A stretch of DNA of 50,204 nucleotides from Rhodanobacteraceae bacterium (lineage in GTDB: Bacteria > Pseudomonadota > Gammaproteobacteria > Xanthomonadales > Rhodanobacteraceae), in the NCBI GenBank assembly GCA_035277545.1, contig DATEKI010000280.1:1-50204 (forward strand), read 5' to 3'. The position numbers were made by a program, and so were the translations under genes. Positions 17,229 to 25,794 of the stretch are shown piece by piece. The notes under the pieces are model-generated. The model ran no database searches. It was not told the origin of the DNA and saw only the letters and a list, made by a program, of their open reading frames with translations. How positions within the stretch are numbered: position 1 is the first letter of the stretch; each line of letters begins with the position of its first letter.

Positions 17229-19799
17229 TCAGAAATCCTGCCGGAAGCGGATGCCGATCGTGCGCGGGTTGATGAAGCCGGTGTAAACCTGTCCGTCCGG
17301 ATACGTGGCGGAGACGCCATGGGCGGCGCAGGTTTCCGGCTTGCACTCCGAGTACTTGTACAGTTCGCCCCGCTCGTCGAAGGCGTTGTTGACGAACACA
17401 TCCAGCGACCAGTTGCTCTTCTTCACGCCGGCGGAAAGATCGACCGAGTTGTAGGAAGGCAGGTCGCCCAGCAGGCTGCGCGGAACCAGGCGCAGGTCGG
17501 TGGTGCGCTGGCCGACATGCACCCATGCGGCCTGCACGTACGCGTCGTTGCCGTCGAGGTCGAACGCGTAGCGTGCGATCAGGTTGCCCTTGAAGTGGGG
17601 CGTGATCGGCAAGCGTGTGCCGGCCGGAGCCTCGGGACCGTCCACCACCGCGCCGGTCTGGGGGTTGATGGAGCCGGGTGGACAGTCGGTGACCGGGTTG
17701 CCGCTGCTGTCCGAGAACCCGCAGTAATTGGACGTCAGCCGCGCGCGGTAGAACCCCACGCCCGCGCTGAGGTTCAGGTTGTAGGTGGCCTGCCAATCCA
17801 GTTGCGACTCCAGGCCGTCGATCCGCGCCGAGTTGACGTTGCGGATGATGGTCAGGCCGGGCGGCACCAGGATGTTGTACTGGAAATTGTCCCAGTTCTC
17901 GCGGAACAGCGCGCCGTTGAAGGATATCCGGTTGTCGAGCCAGGTGGTCTTCCAGCCCAGCTCGACATTGGTCAGGAAATCGGGATGGTACGGGACCGTG
18001 CCGGCGGCACGGTTGACGCCGCCGGGCCGGAAGCCTTCCGAGCGCGTGACGTACACCATCGCGGTCGGCGAGATGTTCCAGGTCAGGTTGATCTTGTGCA
18101 GCGAACCGCTGTCGCGGGTGTTCTTGTCGAAGTCCAGGCAGGGTGCGCCGAAGAACGCTGCCTGCGAGATGCACCCCGCCTCGCCGTAGCTCGATCCGGA
18201 CGAGAAGCCCTTGCTGTATCCGTAGAACCCGAGCAGATGGTCGCGGCTGCGGTAGTAACGTTCGCCCAAGGTCAGGGTGAGCTTGTCGGGAAGGATGTCG
18301 TACGACACCTCGCCGAACAGGGCCTTGTTGCTGTCGAAGCGCATTTCGCGGGTCAGCCAGATGGTGTTCGCCCAGCCGCTCACCGACAGCGAATCGGCGA
18401 GGCCGTCGATCTGGTAGTCCTGCTGGATGTCGTGTTTCTGGTTCTGCGTGAATGCGCCGGCGACGAAGCGCAGGCGGTTTTCCGCGGGCGAGGCAATCCG
18501 CAATTCGTTGCTGTTGAAGTAATACCCGTCCCGGCCGCTGATGTGCTGGGCTGGGTTGATCAGTGCGCCGCTGTTGTCCGTGAAATACAGTCCGTACGCG
18601 GCGAGGGTGTCGTACCAGTAACCGTAGTCGGTGTAATCCGAATGCTGTTCCTGGTTGCGCCGCAGGTGTCCATACGCGTAGGTCACGTCGAAGTTGCCGA
18701 TCTTGCCCTGCACGGTCAGCGCCGCCTGCCACCAACGGTCGTTCACGCCTTCCGGGTAGAAGTGGCTCAATGCGAGGTCGCCGACCATGGGATCACTCGC
18801 GAAGTTGCCGTGGGCGATCGTTTGCTGGCCCATGACAGAGGGACTGATCGACCAGTTGTCGTTGAGGTCGATCTTCAGCTCGGCGCGTGCGCCCTTGGTG
18901 GTGACGTCGTTGTAATGGTCGTGCGCGCGGGCCGGCGAACACACCAGCTTGGCCGCCGGCGTGCAGTTGTCGGCATTGCTCAGCGTGATGCCGGAGGAGG
19001 GAAACGTGACGCTGCCGGGCTTGTTGTCGATGTAGCCGGCATCGTGCTCGCGCCAGCCGACCAGGCGGATGGCGGCACGCTCGTTGATTGGTATGTTGAG
19101 CATGCCTTCGAAGGTGTCGCCGATCCCGCCGTGCGATACCTGGTTGGCGGTGAGCGTGTAGTTCGCCGCGAACCCGCTGGGATCCGGTTTGTTGGTGATG
19201 ATGCGCAGCGCGCCGGCTTCGGCGCTGGCGCCGTACAACGTTCCCTGTGGTCCCTTCAGGACTTCGACGCGCGCGATGTCGTACATGTGGATGTCGACCG
19301 GGCCCTGGATCGTCGTGACCGGCTGGTCGTTGAGGTAAACGCCCACGGTCGGCTGCGAACCGGAGTGGTTGCGGTTGCTGCCGTCGGTCACGCCGCGCAT
19401 GTAGATCGCGGCGAAGCCCGGGCCCGCCTGCACGCCGCCGCCGCCCGACTGGAACGTCACGCCCGGAAGGTATTGCACGTAGTCCTTGAAGTCCTGTACG
19501 TGCAGCGCCTCGAGCTGGTCGTTGGCCAGCACGTTCATGCTGATCGGCACCTTCTGGAGGTTCTCGGTGCGCTTCTGCGCGGTCACCACCACCGTGCCGA
19601 GGGTCTTGATCTTGTCCGCCTTCGACTTGGGAGTCGGTGTCGTGGGCGATGCTTGCGGCTGGGGCGAGGCGGCCTCGCTGCCTTGTTCCGATCCCAGTGC
19701 CAATGCCGGCGTCGCCAGCGCCACGCAGATCGCCGCCGCCAGGGGCAACCTGGTCCAACGTGCCGATCGAGTCCCCGCACCCCGCTTGCATGTGCTCAT
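17229..19799 (-). CDS. TonB-dependent outer-membrane receptor (about 856 aa)
   Basis: It has a signal peptide ending ATPALALG, a TonB-box-like TLGTVVVTAQKR, a plug (GVTDGSNRNHSGSQPTVGVYLNDQP) and the C-terminal GIRFRQDF. I chose ATG 19799 (alternatives ATG 19805 and TTG 19814). Confidence 0.9.
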   Translation of the reverse strand: MSTCKRGAGTRSARWTRLPLAAAICVALATPALALGSEQGSEAASPQPQASPTTPTPKSKADKIKTLGTVVVTAQKRTENLQKVPISMNVLANDQLEALHVQDFKDYVQYLPGVTFQSGGGGVQAGPGFAAIYMRGVTDGSNRNHSGSQPTVGVYLNDQPVTTIQGPVDIHMYDIARVEVLKGPQGTLYGASAEAGALRIITNKPDPSGFAANYTLTANQVSHGGIGDTFEGMLNIPINERAAIRLVGWREHDAGYIDNKPGSVTFPSSGITLSNADNCTPAAKLVCSPARAHDHYNDVTTKGARAELKIDLNDNWSISPSVMGQQTIAHGNFASDPMVGDLALSHFYPEGVNDRWWQAALTVQGKIGNFDVTYAYGHLRRNQEQHSDYTDYGYWYDTLAAYGLYFTDNSGALINPAQHISGRDGYYFNSNELRIASPAENRLRFVAGAFTQNQKHDIQQDYQIDGLADSLSVSGWANTIWLTREMRFDSNKALFGEVSYDILPDKLTLTLGERYYRSRDHLLGFYGYSKGFSSGSSYGEAGCISQAAFFGAPCLDFDKNTRDSGSLHKINLTWNISPTAMVYVTRSEGFRPGGVNRAAGTVPYHPDFLTNVELGWKTTWLDNRISFNGALFRENWDNFQYNILVPPGLTIIRNVNSARIDGLESQLDWQATYNLNLSAGVGFYRARLTSNYCGFSDSSGNPVTDCPPGSINPQTGAVVDGPEAPAGTRLPITPHFKGNLIARYAFDLDGNDAYVQAAWVHVGQRTTDLRLVPRSLLGDLPSYNSVDLSAGVKKSNWSLDVFVNNAFDERGELYKYSECKPETCAAHGVSATYPDGQVYTGFINPRTIGIRFRQDF

Positions 19800-19843
19800 G
19801 TGCATGATCCCCAAAGTGGATGAGTCCGACCCTTCTTGTTTGT

Positions 19844-21805
19844 TTACTCCCGCTGGCCGGGCGCCGCAGGATACGCCTGCAACACCGGTCCCAATGCCAC
19901 CTGCAACGGTTGCAGCCAGTCCGCAAATCCCTGCCAGTGATCCAGCCCGTCACGGTAGATCGGCTGGCGCACCTGTTCCGAACTTGCCGTCCTTACCGGC
20001 CGCCGGTTGTCGAAAAACCGCAGGCAGGCGGGCTCGAACGACAGGCCGCAATAATCCAGGACGCGCCGCACCTCGGCCTCGGTATCCTCGACCAGCCGCT
20101 CGTAGTGGACACGACAGACGCGGCCCGGCAGCACGGCGTCGAAATGCGCCATCAGTTCGACGTAGTCGCGGTAATAGCGTCCGATGTCGTCGAGGCTGTA
20201 GCTGAAGCCCTGGCCGCGGGCGAAATGCTGCTTGAAGATCGAAAACCCGCACGCCATCGGATGTCGCCGCGCGTCGATGATCTTCGCGTTCGGCAGGATC
20301 AGGTGGATCAGTCCGGCGTGCATGAAGTTGTTCGGCATCTTGTCGATGAAGAACGGCCTGTCCGTCTTGCGCTGGATGCGCGTTGCAGCGAGATAGCGCT
20401 CGCCCAGCGCGCGCAGTGCACCCGCATCCATCGCCGCCAGCGCGCGGTGGTAGGGCATCGCGTCCTCCGGGCCTCCCTTCCGGCGCAACTCGCCGGTGAG
20501 GGTCGTGAGCTCCGGCAACTCCATCGTGCCCTCGACCTGGCTGTGGCTGGCGAGGATCTGCTCGATCAGGGTCGAGCCCGCGCGCGGCAGGCCGACCACG
20601 AAGATCGGATCGGGTGCAGCGCACCCCGTGCCCGCTCGCGCCGCAAAGAATTCGCGCGTGTAATGGTTACGGATGTAAGCGACGCGGGACGTGGTCTCGC
20701 CGGCGTCGTAGCCAAGCTGCGCGCGGCGAATCGCATTGCCCCGCGCGTAGTGGCGGAACGATGCCGCGCAGTCGCCGTTGTCTTCCAGCGCCTTGCCCAA
20801 TGCAAACTCGAGATGCAGGCGGTCCTCGTCGCCGAGATTCCCGCGGGCGAGTTGCCCGCGCATTGCGTCGATGTCCGCTGTTTCGAAACGAAACAGCTTG
20901 AGGTTGGCGAGGCTCCACCACGCTTCGCCGAAAGTGGGCGCCAGTTCCACGCAACGCCGGTACGCGGTGACCGCCTGTTCGACGTGGTTCGCGGTTTTCA
21001 GCGCGTGGCCGTAACTCAACCACAGCTTGACCGCATCCGGGTGATCCATGGCCAGCTTGCGATAAAGCGCCAGCGCTTCGTCGTAGTCGCCGATCCGGCA
21101 CAGCACCGCGGCCTTGAGGTTCAGGCAACTTGCGTGTGCGGGATCCAGCACCAACACCCGCTCGATCTCCGCGAGCGCATCCTGCGGCCGGTTGCTCCGG
21201 TGCAGGACCAGTGCGTGGTTCCAGCGCGCTTCCAGGAAATCGGGCGCCAGTTCCAGGCAGCGTTCCAGCAGGTGCGCCGCATCTTCGTTGCGGTCCAGGC
21301 GCGCCGCCACTTCGGCCAGCATCCGGATCGCCGCCACGTCGGTCGGCGCCTCGCGCAGCCGTGCACGCAACAAGGTTTCGGCCTGCGGAATCCGGTTCGC
21401 GACCATCGCATCGGCCGCCTGGAGCAAGGTTGCATCGCGAACGGAATGGTGTACGTGGCCAAGGTAGGCACGCTGTGCCGCGGCGCGCTCGCCGCACGCC
21501 ATCCTCGCATCGCCGAGCATTCGCCACGCCTGCGGGTGCCACGGGTTCGCCCGCACGAAATGTTCGAGCTGCGTGGACGCGCTTGCAGGGTCGGATTCGA
21601 GCAGCGGCTCGATGCGCGCGAGGGCCCGTTGCGGGTCCGCGATGCATGTTGCGGCCGTTGCCGTGTCGGCGGCAAACGGCGCCTGCGTGGCAGGCATGGA
21701 TCCAACGCGGACACTTGGCATGGTGCGCTCAAACCGTTCACGGTTGCGCCGGCGCGAGTGTACTGCATGCGTGGTCCACTGCGATGCCGGAAGCCGCGCG
21801 GGCAT
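19844..21805 (-). CDS. TPR-repeat-containing sulfotransferase-family protein (second copy, distantly paralogous to 15312-17174)
   Basis: TPR repeats are followed by IFVVGLPRAGSTLIEQILASH (5'-PSB loop) and IIDARRHPMACGFS (3'-PB motif). It ends 29 bp upstream of the receptor gene on the same strand. The start is uncertain (ATG 21805, 21721 or 21697). Confidence 0.85.
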   Translation of the reverse strand: MPARLPASQWTTHAVHSRRRNRERFERTMPSVRVGSMPATQAPFAADTATAATCIADPQRALARIEPLLESDPASASTQLEHFVRANPWHPQAWRMLGDARMACGERAAAQRAYLGHVHHSVRDATLLQAADAMVANRIPQAETLLRARLREAPTDVAAIRMLAEVAARLDRNEDAAHLLERCLELAPDFLEARWNHALVLHRSNRPQDALAEIERVLVLDPAHASCLNLKAAVLCRIGDYDEALALYRKLAMDHPDAVKLWLSYGHALKTANHVEQAVTAYRRCVELAPTFGEAWWSLANLKLFRFETADIDAMRGQLARGNLGDEDRLHLEFALGKALEDNGDCAASFRHYARGNAIRRAQLGYDAGETTSRVAYIRNHYTREFFAARAGTGCAAPDPIFVVGLPRAGSTLIEQILASHSQVEGTMELPELTTLTGELRRKGGPEDAMPYHRALAAMDAGALRALGERYLAATRIQRKTDRPFFIDKMPNNFMHAGLIHLILPNAKIIDARRHPMACGFSIFKQHFARGQGFSYSLDDIGRYYRDYVELMAHFDAVLPGRVCRVHYERLVEDTEAEVRRVLDYCGLSFEPACLRFFDNRRPVRTASSEQVRQPIYRDGLDHWQGFADWLQPLQVALGPVLQAYPAAPGQRE

Positions 21806-21870
21806 GGGCGCGCCGGCCAGCGCGGCGTGCCGCGATATTCGGTGTTTCGGGGTGGCGAGCGTGGCCGGCG

Positions 21871-22758
21871 CTATTTGCGCTTCGCGCGCGGATGTGCCGC
21901 GTCGTACACCTTGGCGAGGTGCTGGAAATCGAGGTGCGTGTAGATTTGGGTCGTGCCGATGTCGGCGTGGCCCAGCAGTTCCTGCACCGCGCGCAGGTTG
22001 CCCGAGGATTCCAGCAGGTGCGACGCGCAGGAATGCCGCATCAGGTGCGGATAGACGCGTCGCCAGATGCCCTGCGAACGCGCGCGGCGCTTGATCGCGG
22101 CGCGTACCGCGCCGGCGGTCAGCGGCTGGTCGTTGCGCCCCCGAAGGATCGGTGCGTCCGCATCCGCAGGCTGCGATTCACGTAGCGCGGCGAGCGCTTC
22201 CAGCGCCATCCGGCCGACCGGCACGATGCGGGTCTTGTTGCCCTTGCCGGTGACGCGCAGCAGGCCCTGATCGGTGTCGAGATCACGCCAGCGCGTGCCG
22301 CACAGTTCCGATACGCGCAGGCCGCTGGAATACAGCAGCTCGAGCATCGCGCGGTCGCGCAGGGCCAGCGGGTCGCCCGCCGTGATTTCGACCAGTGCGG
22401 TGGCCTCGTCCACATCCAGCACTTCCGGCAGCTTGCGGCGCACCTTCGGCGAACGCACACCCGCGGCCGGGTTGTTCCGGATCTTCCCCTCGCGCGCGAG
22501 GAAGCGGAAGAAGCTGCGGAAGGCCGACAGCATCGCACGCAGCGACGGCGGCTCCAGCCCGCGGCGGTGTTCGTTTGCGATCAGCGTCTGCACCTGTTCG
22601 CCGCGCAATTCATCCCACGCGGTCAGGGAAAGTCCGTCGGCGAAGCGCGTCAAGGCTTCCAGCGCGTGCGTGTAGTTGCGCAGCGTGCCCGGCGAATAGT
22701 GCCGCTCGACTTTCAGGTAATCCAGGAACCGCGCGGCGTCGGCGGCGAGGCCGCTCAT
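21871..22758 (-). CDS. xerC: Tyrosine recombinase XerC
   Basis: FLDYLKVERHYSPGTLRNYTHAL is the N-terminal SAM-like domain. The catalytic residues appear in context (ELLYSSGLRVSEL, HLMRHSCASHLL, LLGHADIGTTQIYTHL). Synteny with dapF and DUF484 supports the call. Confidence 0.9.
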   Translation of the reverse strand: MSGLAADAARFLDYLKVERHYSPGTLRNYTHALEALTRFADGLSLTAWDELRGEQVQTLIANEHRRGLEPPSLRAMLSAFRSFFRFLAREGKIRNNPAAGVRSPKVRRKLPEVLDVDEATALVEITAGDPLALRDRAMLELLYSSGLRVSELCGTRWRDLDTDQGLLRVTGKGNKTRIVPVGRMALEALAALRESQPADADAPILRGRNDQPLTAGAVRAAIKRRARSQGIWRRVYPHLMRHSCASHLLESSGNLRAVQELLGHADIGTTQIYTHLDFQHLAKVYDAAHPRAKRK

Positions 22759-22759
22759 C

Positions 22760-23446
22760 TCATGCCGTCGCCGGGTAACGTGCGATCGCGGCGTCCAGCG
22801 CCTGCGCGATCAGCTTCAGGAACAGCGTGCCGATGCCCGGATGGAAACGGTTGGGATCGCTGCTGCCGATCGCGAGCATGCCCTCGTTGCCGATCTTCAG
22901 CAGGGCCGCCGATTGCACCTTGCCGGCGTCGTTGCCGAACAGGCGATCGAGCTTCGCCTGCGCAAGCCTGCCGCACGCGGGTTCGCCACGCGCGAGGAAA
23001 TCCGTGAACGCCGGAAGCGCCTGCTTGCCCTCGGGTACGCAGACCAGCCAGTCCGCGCGCGGCAGATCGGCGCCGTCACGGAACAACACCACGCGTACCA
23101 GGTCGGAATGAAAGTCTTCGTTCAACGCGCCGACGAAACTCTTCAGCACGTCCGGCAGGTTGTCGTCGCGCAGCAAGCCCACGGTGAGCGTATGCACGCG
23201 CACCATCAGCTGTTCGTTGTCGCCGGCGATCGCCACCAGCTCCGCCAGCCTGTCGTTCAACTCGCGGTTGCGGGCGCGCAGTGCTTCGAGCTGGTAAGCC
23301 GCCAGCGACGCGGCGGGGCCGTTTTCGCGCGGCATCACCAATTCAGTGGCGACGTCCGGAAAGTTTTGCAGGAAGCGCGGGTGGTGGCGCAGGTATTCGG
23401 CGACGTCCATCGCTTCGAGGCTTTGCTTCAGGGTCAGATCGGGCAT
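22760..23446 (-). CDS. DUF484-family protein (YigA-like)
   Basis: The start MPDLTLKQSLEAMDVAEYLRHHPRFLQNFPDV is followed by a coiled-coil segment (QLEALRARNRELNDRLAELV) and a GAF-like C-terminus. The stop lies 1 nt before the xerC ATG. The internal ATG 23446 is chosen over the ORF start at 23548. Confidence 0.8.
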   Translation of the reverse strand: MPDLTLKQSLEAMDVAEYLRHHPRFLQNFPDVATELVMPRENGPAASLAAYQLEALRARNRELNDRLAELVAIAGDNEQLMVRVHTLTVGLLRDDNLPDVLKSFVGALNEDFHSDLVRVVLFRDGADLPRADWLVCVPEGKQALPAFTDFLARGEPACGRLAQAKLDRLFGNDAGKVQSAALLKIGNEGMLAIGSSDPNRFHPGIGTLFLKLIAQALDAAIARYPATA

Positions 23447-23623
23447 GCGTGGCGGGCCGGTCGGGAGCTGCCGCAAAGTTTGGTTGTTTGCGTGCGCGAA
23501 CGCAAACGCGAATGCAGGAAACCTTCGACACGGATCAGGGCGGATCAAGGCAGAGACGGGAAGTGCCCTGTCCGTGGCAATCCGCCTCCATCCGTGCCGA
23601 GTGTCCCTGGCGAAGGGCCCGGT

Positions 23624-24460
23624 TCAAATCCCCAGCCATTCTCCGTCGAAAGAGAAGCTCGCCGGGCCAGTCATCCACAGCGCGTGACCCGGCCCTTGCC
23701 AGAGGATGGCCAGCGTGCCGCCGGGCAGTTCCACGCGCACCTCGTCGCCGACACGGCCGCGATTGCGCAGCGCGGCGACTGCTGCGCAGGCGCCGCTGCC
23801 ACAGGCGAGCGTCCAGCCGGCGCCACGTTCGTGCACGCGCAGCCTGATTTCATTTGCATCGACGACCTGGGCAAAACCGGCGTTGACGCCCCGCGGGAAG
23901 CGCGGGTGCATGGTGATGCGCGGTCCCAGATAATCCACGCGTGGGTCGTTCACGCCCGCCACTTCAAGTACCGCGTGCGGATTGCCCATCGACACCGCGG
24001 CGATTTCGATCTGTTCGCCGTCGACATCGAGCGGATAGCCATCCGCCGCCGCGGTGGCCACGAAGGGAATCCTCATGGGCTCGAATCCGGGCTCGCCCAT
24101 TTCCATCGCGACCATGGTGGCGTCGAGCAGGCGCATGCCTACGACGCCAGCCGGGCTTTCCAGCTTCACCGCGTCGCCGATCGCGATCGCACCGGCGCGG
24201 TGCAGCCAGGCGCCGATGCAGCGCGCACCGTTGCCGCACTGTTCCGCGAAGGAACCATCCGCGTTGCGGATCGAATACCCGGCGACGCAAGCAGCGTCAT
24301 GCGGGCGTTCGATGACCAGCAGTTGGTCGAAGCCGACACCGGTATGGCGATCGGCCATGGCGCGGACACGTGCTTCGCCGGGTTCCGGTGAGGACGCGCG
24401 CGCATCCAGCACCACGAAATCGTTGCCGAGGCCGTGCATCTTGGTGAACCGGATACCCAC
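23624..24460 (-). CDS. dapF: Diaminopimelate epimerase
   Basis: GIRFTKMHGLGNDFVVLD is present, and both catalytic Cys contexts are visible (EQCGNGARC and ACGSGACAA). The GTG start at 24460 preserves the conserved residues before KMHGLGNDF. Confidence 0.95.
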   Translation of the reverse strand: MGIRFTKMHGLGNDFVVLDARASSPEPGEARVRAMADRHTGVGFDQLLVIERPHDAACVAGYSIRNADGSFAEQCGNGARCIGAWLHRAGAIAIGDAVKLESPAGVVGMRLLDATMVAMEMGEPGFEPMRIPFVATAAADGYPLDVDGEQIEIAAVSMGNPHAVLEVAGVNDPRVDYLGPRITMHPRFPRGVNAGFAQVVDANEIRLRVHERGAGWTLACGSGACAAVAALRNRGRVGDEVRVELPGGTLAILWQGPGHALWMTGPASFSFDGEWLGI

Positions 24461-24475
24461 GTGCGATCCCGGGCG

Positions 24476-24688
24476 TCAGCCGCCAGCGGAGGAAGATGGC
24501 GCAGGTGCCGCCGCCGTTGTCGCAGCGGCCGGTTTGGCGGTCGCTGCCGCCGCCGGCGTCGAAGCGGCGGAAGGCGGCGCCGCGGCCCTGGTCGGCAGGT
24601 ACAAGGGTCCCTTCTGTCCGCAGCCGGCGAGCAATCCGAAAACCAGCAGCAGCGCTGCAGAAATGATGTGACGGCGCATGCGCGGCAT
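24476..24688 (-). CDS. lptM: Small lipoprotein LptM (YifL family)
   Basis: The lipobox LLAGC is followed directly by the family signature GQKGPLYLP. The protein has an Ala/Pro-rich tail and sits immediately upstream of dapF, as in E. coli. The start is ATG 24688 or ATG 24679. Confidence 0.75.
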   Translation of the reverse strand: MPRMRRHIISAALLLVFGLLAGCGQKGPLYLPTRAAAPPSAASTPAAAATAKPAAATTAAAPAPSSSAGG

Positions 24689-24772
24689 CCGGTGGGGAAC
24701 GTGCCGCGAGTATAAGGGCAGGGCCGGCGGCCGGCATCGTGGCAGGCCGCCGGTGTGCGCGATGCCCGTGGA

Positions 24773-25639
24773 TCAATGACCCGCGCTGGATGCGGGCGTG
24801 GGCGTGTCCCCGGCCGGTTTCGCACTTGTGCTGGATGCCGGCGCGTTCAAATCCTTCATGTTGCCGACCGTGACCGTACCGCGCCAACGCGCATCGCGCG
24901 CGGCGAAATATTGTTTCGGATTCCAGCGCCACGGACTCCAGAAATCCGTGCTGCCGCAACCGGCGGCCGGCGAGTCGCCGACCGTCGGGCCGCCGCAGTT
25001 GGCGTTGACGCCCGCCGTCATCACCCCGCTGTCGAAACCCAGCCGGGAACCGGTGCCTTCCGTCTTGGCCATGTCGAGCGCCCGTACCATCCGCTTTTTC
25101 GCGACCGCATCGCCGTATTCGGGCATCAGCGTGCCCAGCACGGCGACGGCTTGGTCGTGCTGCGCCGGCGTCAGTGCCTCGCACACGCGATTGCGGGTGG
25201 CAATGAAACTCGGGAATTTGCGCTCGGCCGCCAGGGCCAGCCACGCGCAGGCGGCAACGGGATCCTTCGCGACGCCCTGTCCGTTGTCGTACATCAGGCC
25301 GATGCTGAGCTGCGACAGCTTGTCGGCATAGCGGGCACCGTATTTGAAATACTTGATGGCCGCCGCGTAGTGGCCCTCGGAATACAGGCGCATGCCGGCG
25401 TATTCGCCGAACAGGTCGGGGTGTCCCCACGTGGAGGCATTGTTCATCGCGGTAACGATTTTTTCGATTTCCGGATCCGTCTCGGGAGGTGGCGGATTCG
25501 GGTTCTTCACCGGCTTGGCCGCCGCCGCAGTCGCAGTCATGGGCGGATTGGCGGCCGTGGCAGTGGTCGTGGCGTACGCCGTCGTGCCCACGCACAACAA
25601 GGCGGCGCAAACGGACGTGATCAGGCGGGATCGATTCAT
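24773..25639 (-). CDS. Secreted Sel1-like repeat protein with an uncharacterised Cys-containing C-terminal domain
   Basis: The signal peptide is MNRSRLITSVCAALLCVGTTAYA. The Sel1 signature is LSIGLMYDNGQGVAKDPVAACAWLALAAE. GGAG lies 8 nt upstream of ATG 25639. Confidence 0.65.
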   Translation of the reverse strand: MNRSRLITSVCAALLCVGTTAYATTTATAANPPMTATAAAAKPVKNPNPPPPETDPEIEKIVTAMNNASTWGHPDLFGEYAGMRLYSEGHYAAAIKYFKYGARYADKLSQLSIGLMYDNGQGVAKDPVAACAWLALAAERKFPSFIATRNRVCEALTPAQHDQAVAVLGTLMPEYGDAVAKKRMVRALDMAKTEGTGSRLGFDSGVMTAGVNANCGGPTVGDSPAAGCGSTDFWSPWRWNPKQYFAARDARWRGTVTVGNMKDLNAPASSTSAKPAGDTPTPASSAGH

Positions 25640-25652
25640 GATGCCGACTCCT

Positions 25653-25714
25653 TGTCAAGTTTGCTTGACAGTCAAGATATCTGCCCCGGCGCATCGTGTC
25701 AAGCATGCTTGACA
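25653..25714 (-). promoter_or_regulatory. Sigma70-type promoter overlapped by two 18-bp palindromic operator-like sites
   Basis: TGTCAAG-TTTG-CTTGACA (25653-25670) and the perfect palindrome TGTCAAG-CATG-CTTGACA (25697-25714) have centres 44 bp apart. On the minus strand, TTGACA (25702-25697), a 17-nt spacer and TATCTT (25679-25674) form a promoter facing the Sel1-like gene. Confidence 0.5.
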
Positions 25715-25794
25715 ATAGTGGCGGGACCGGAATGATTCCGGCGCGCATGATGAATCGTCCGGGCGCCTCCCCGCATGTCCCGAATGGCACCGGT

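Noticed and set aside
21871-22758. A tyrosine recombinase that could be a phage or ICE integrase marking a mobile element next to the TBDR/sulfotransferase block.
   Set aside because: The sequence and its tight linkage to dapF and the DUF484 gene identify it as the chromosome-dimer resolvase XerC. I saw no att-like direct repeats, tRNA target, excisionase or phage genes.
23611-23640. A tRNA-like T-loop string, GGTTCAAATCC, that suggested a tRNA or tmRNA fragment.
   Set aside because: The flanking bases do not form a T-stem (only 2 bp pair). No acceptor or anticodon arms can be drawn. The string simply overlaps the dapF stop codon (TGA at 23626-23624).
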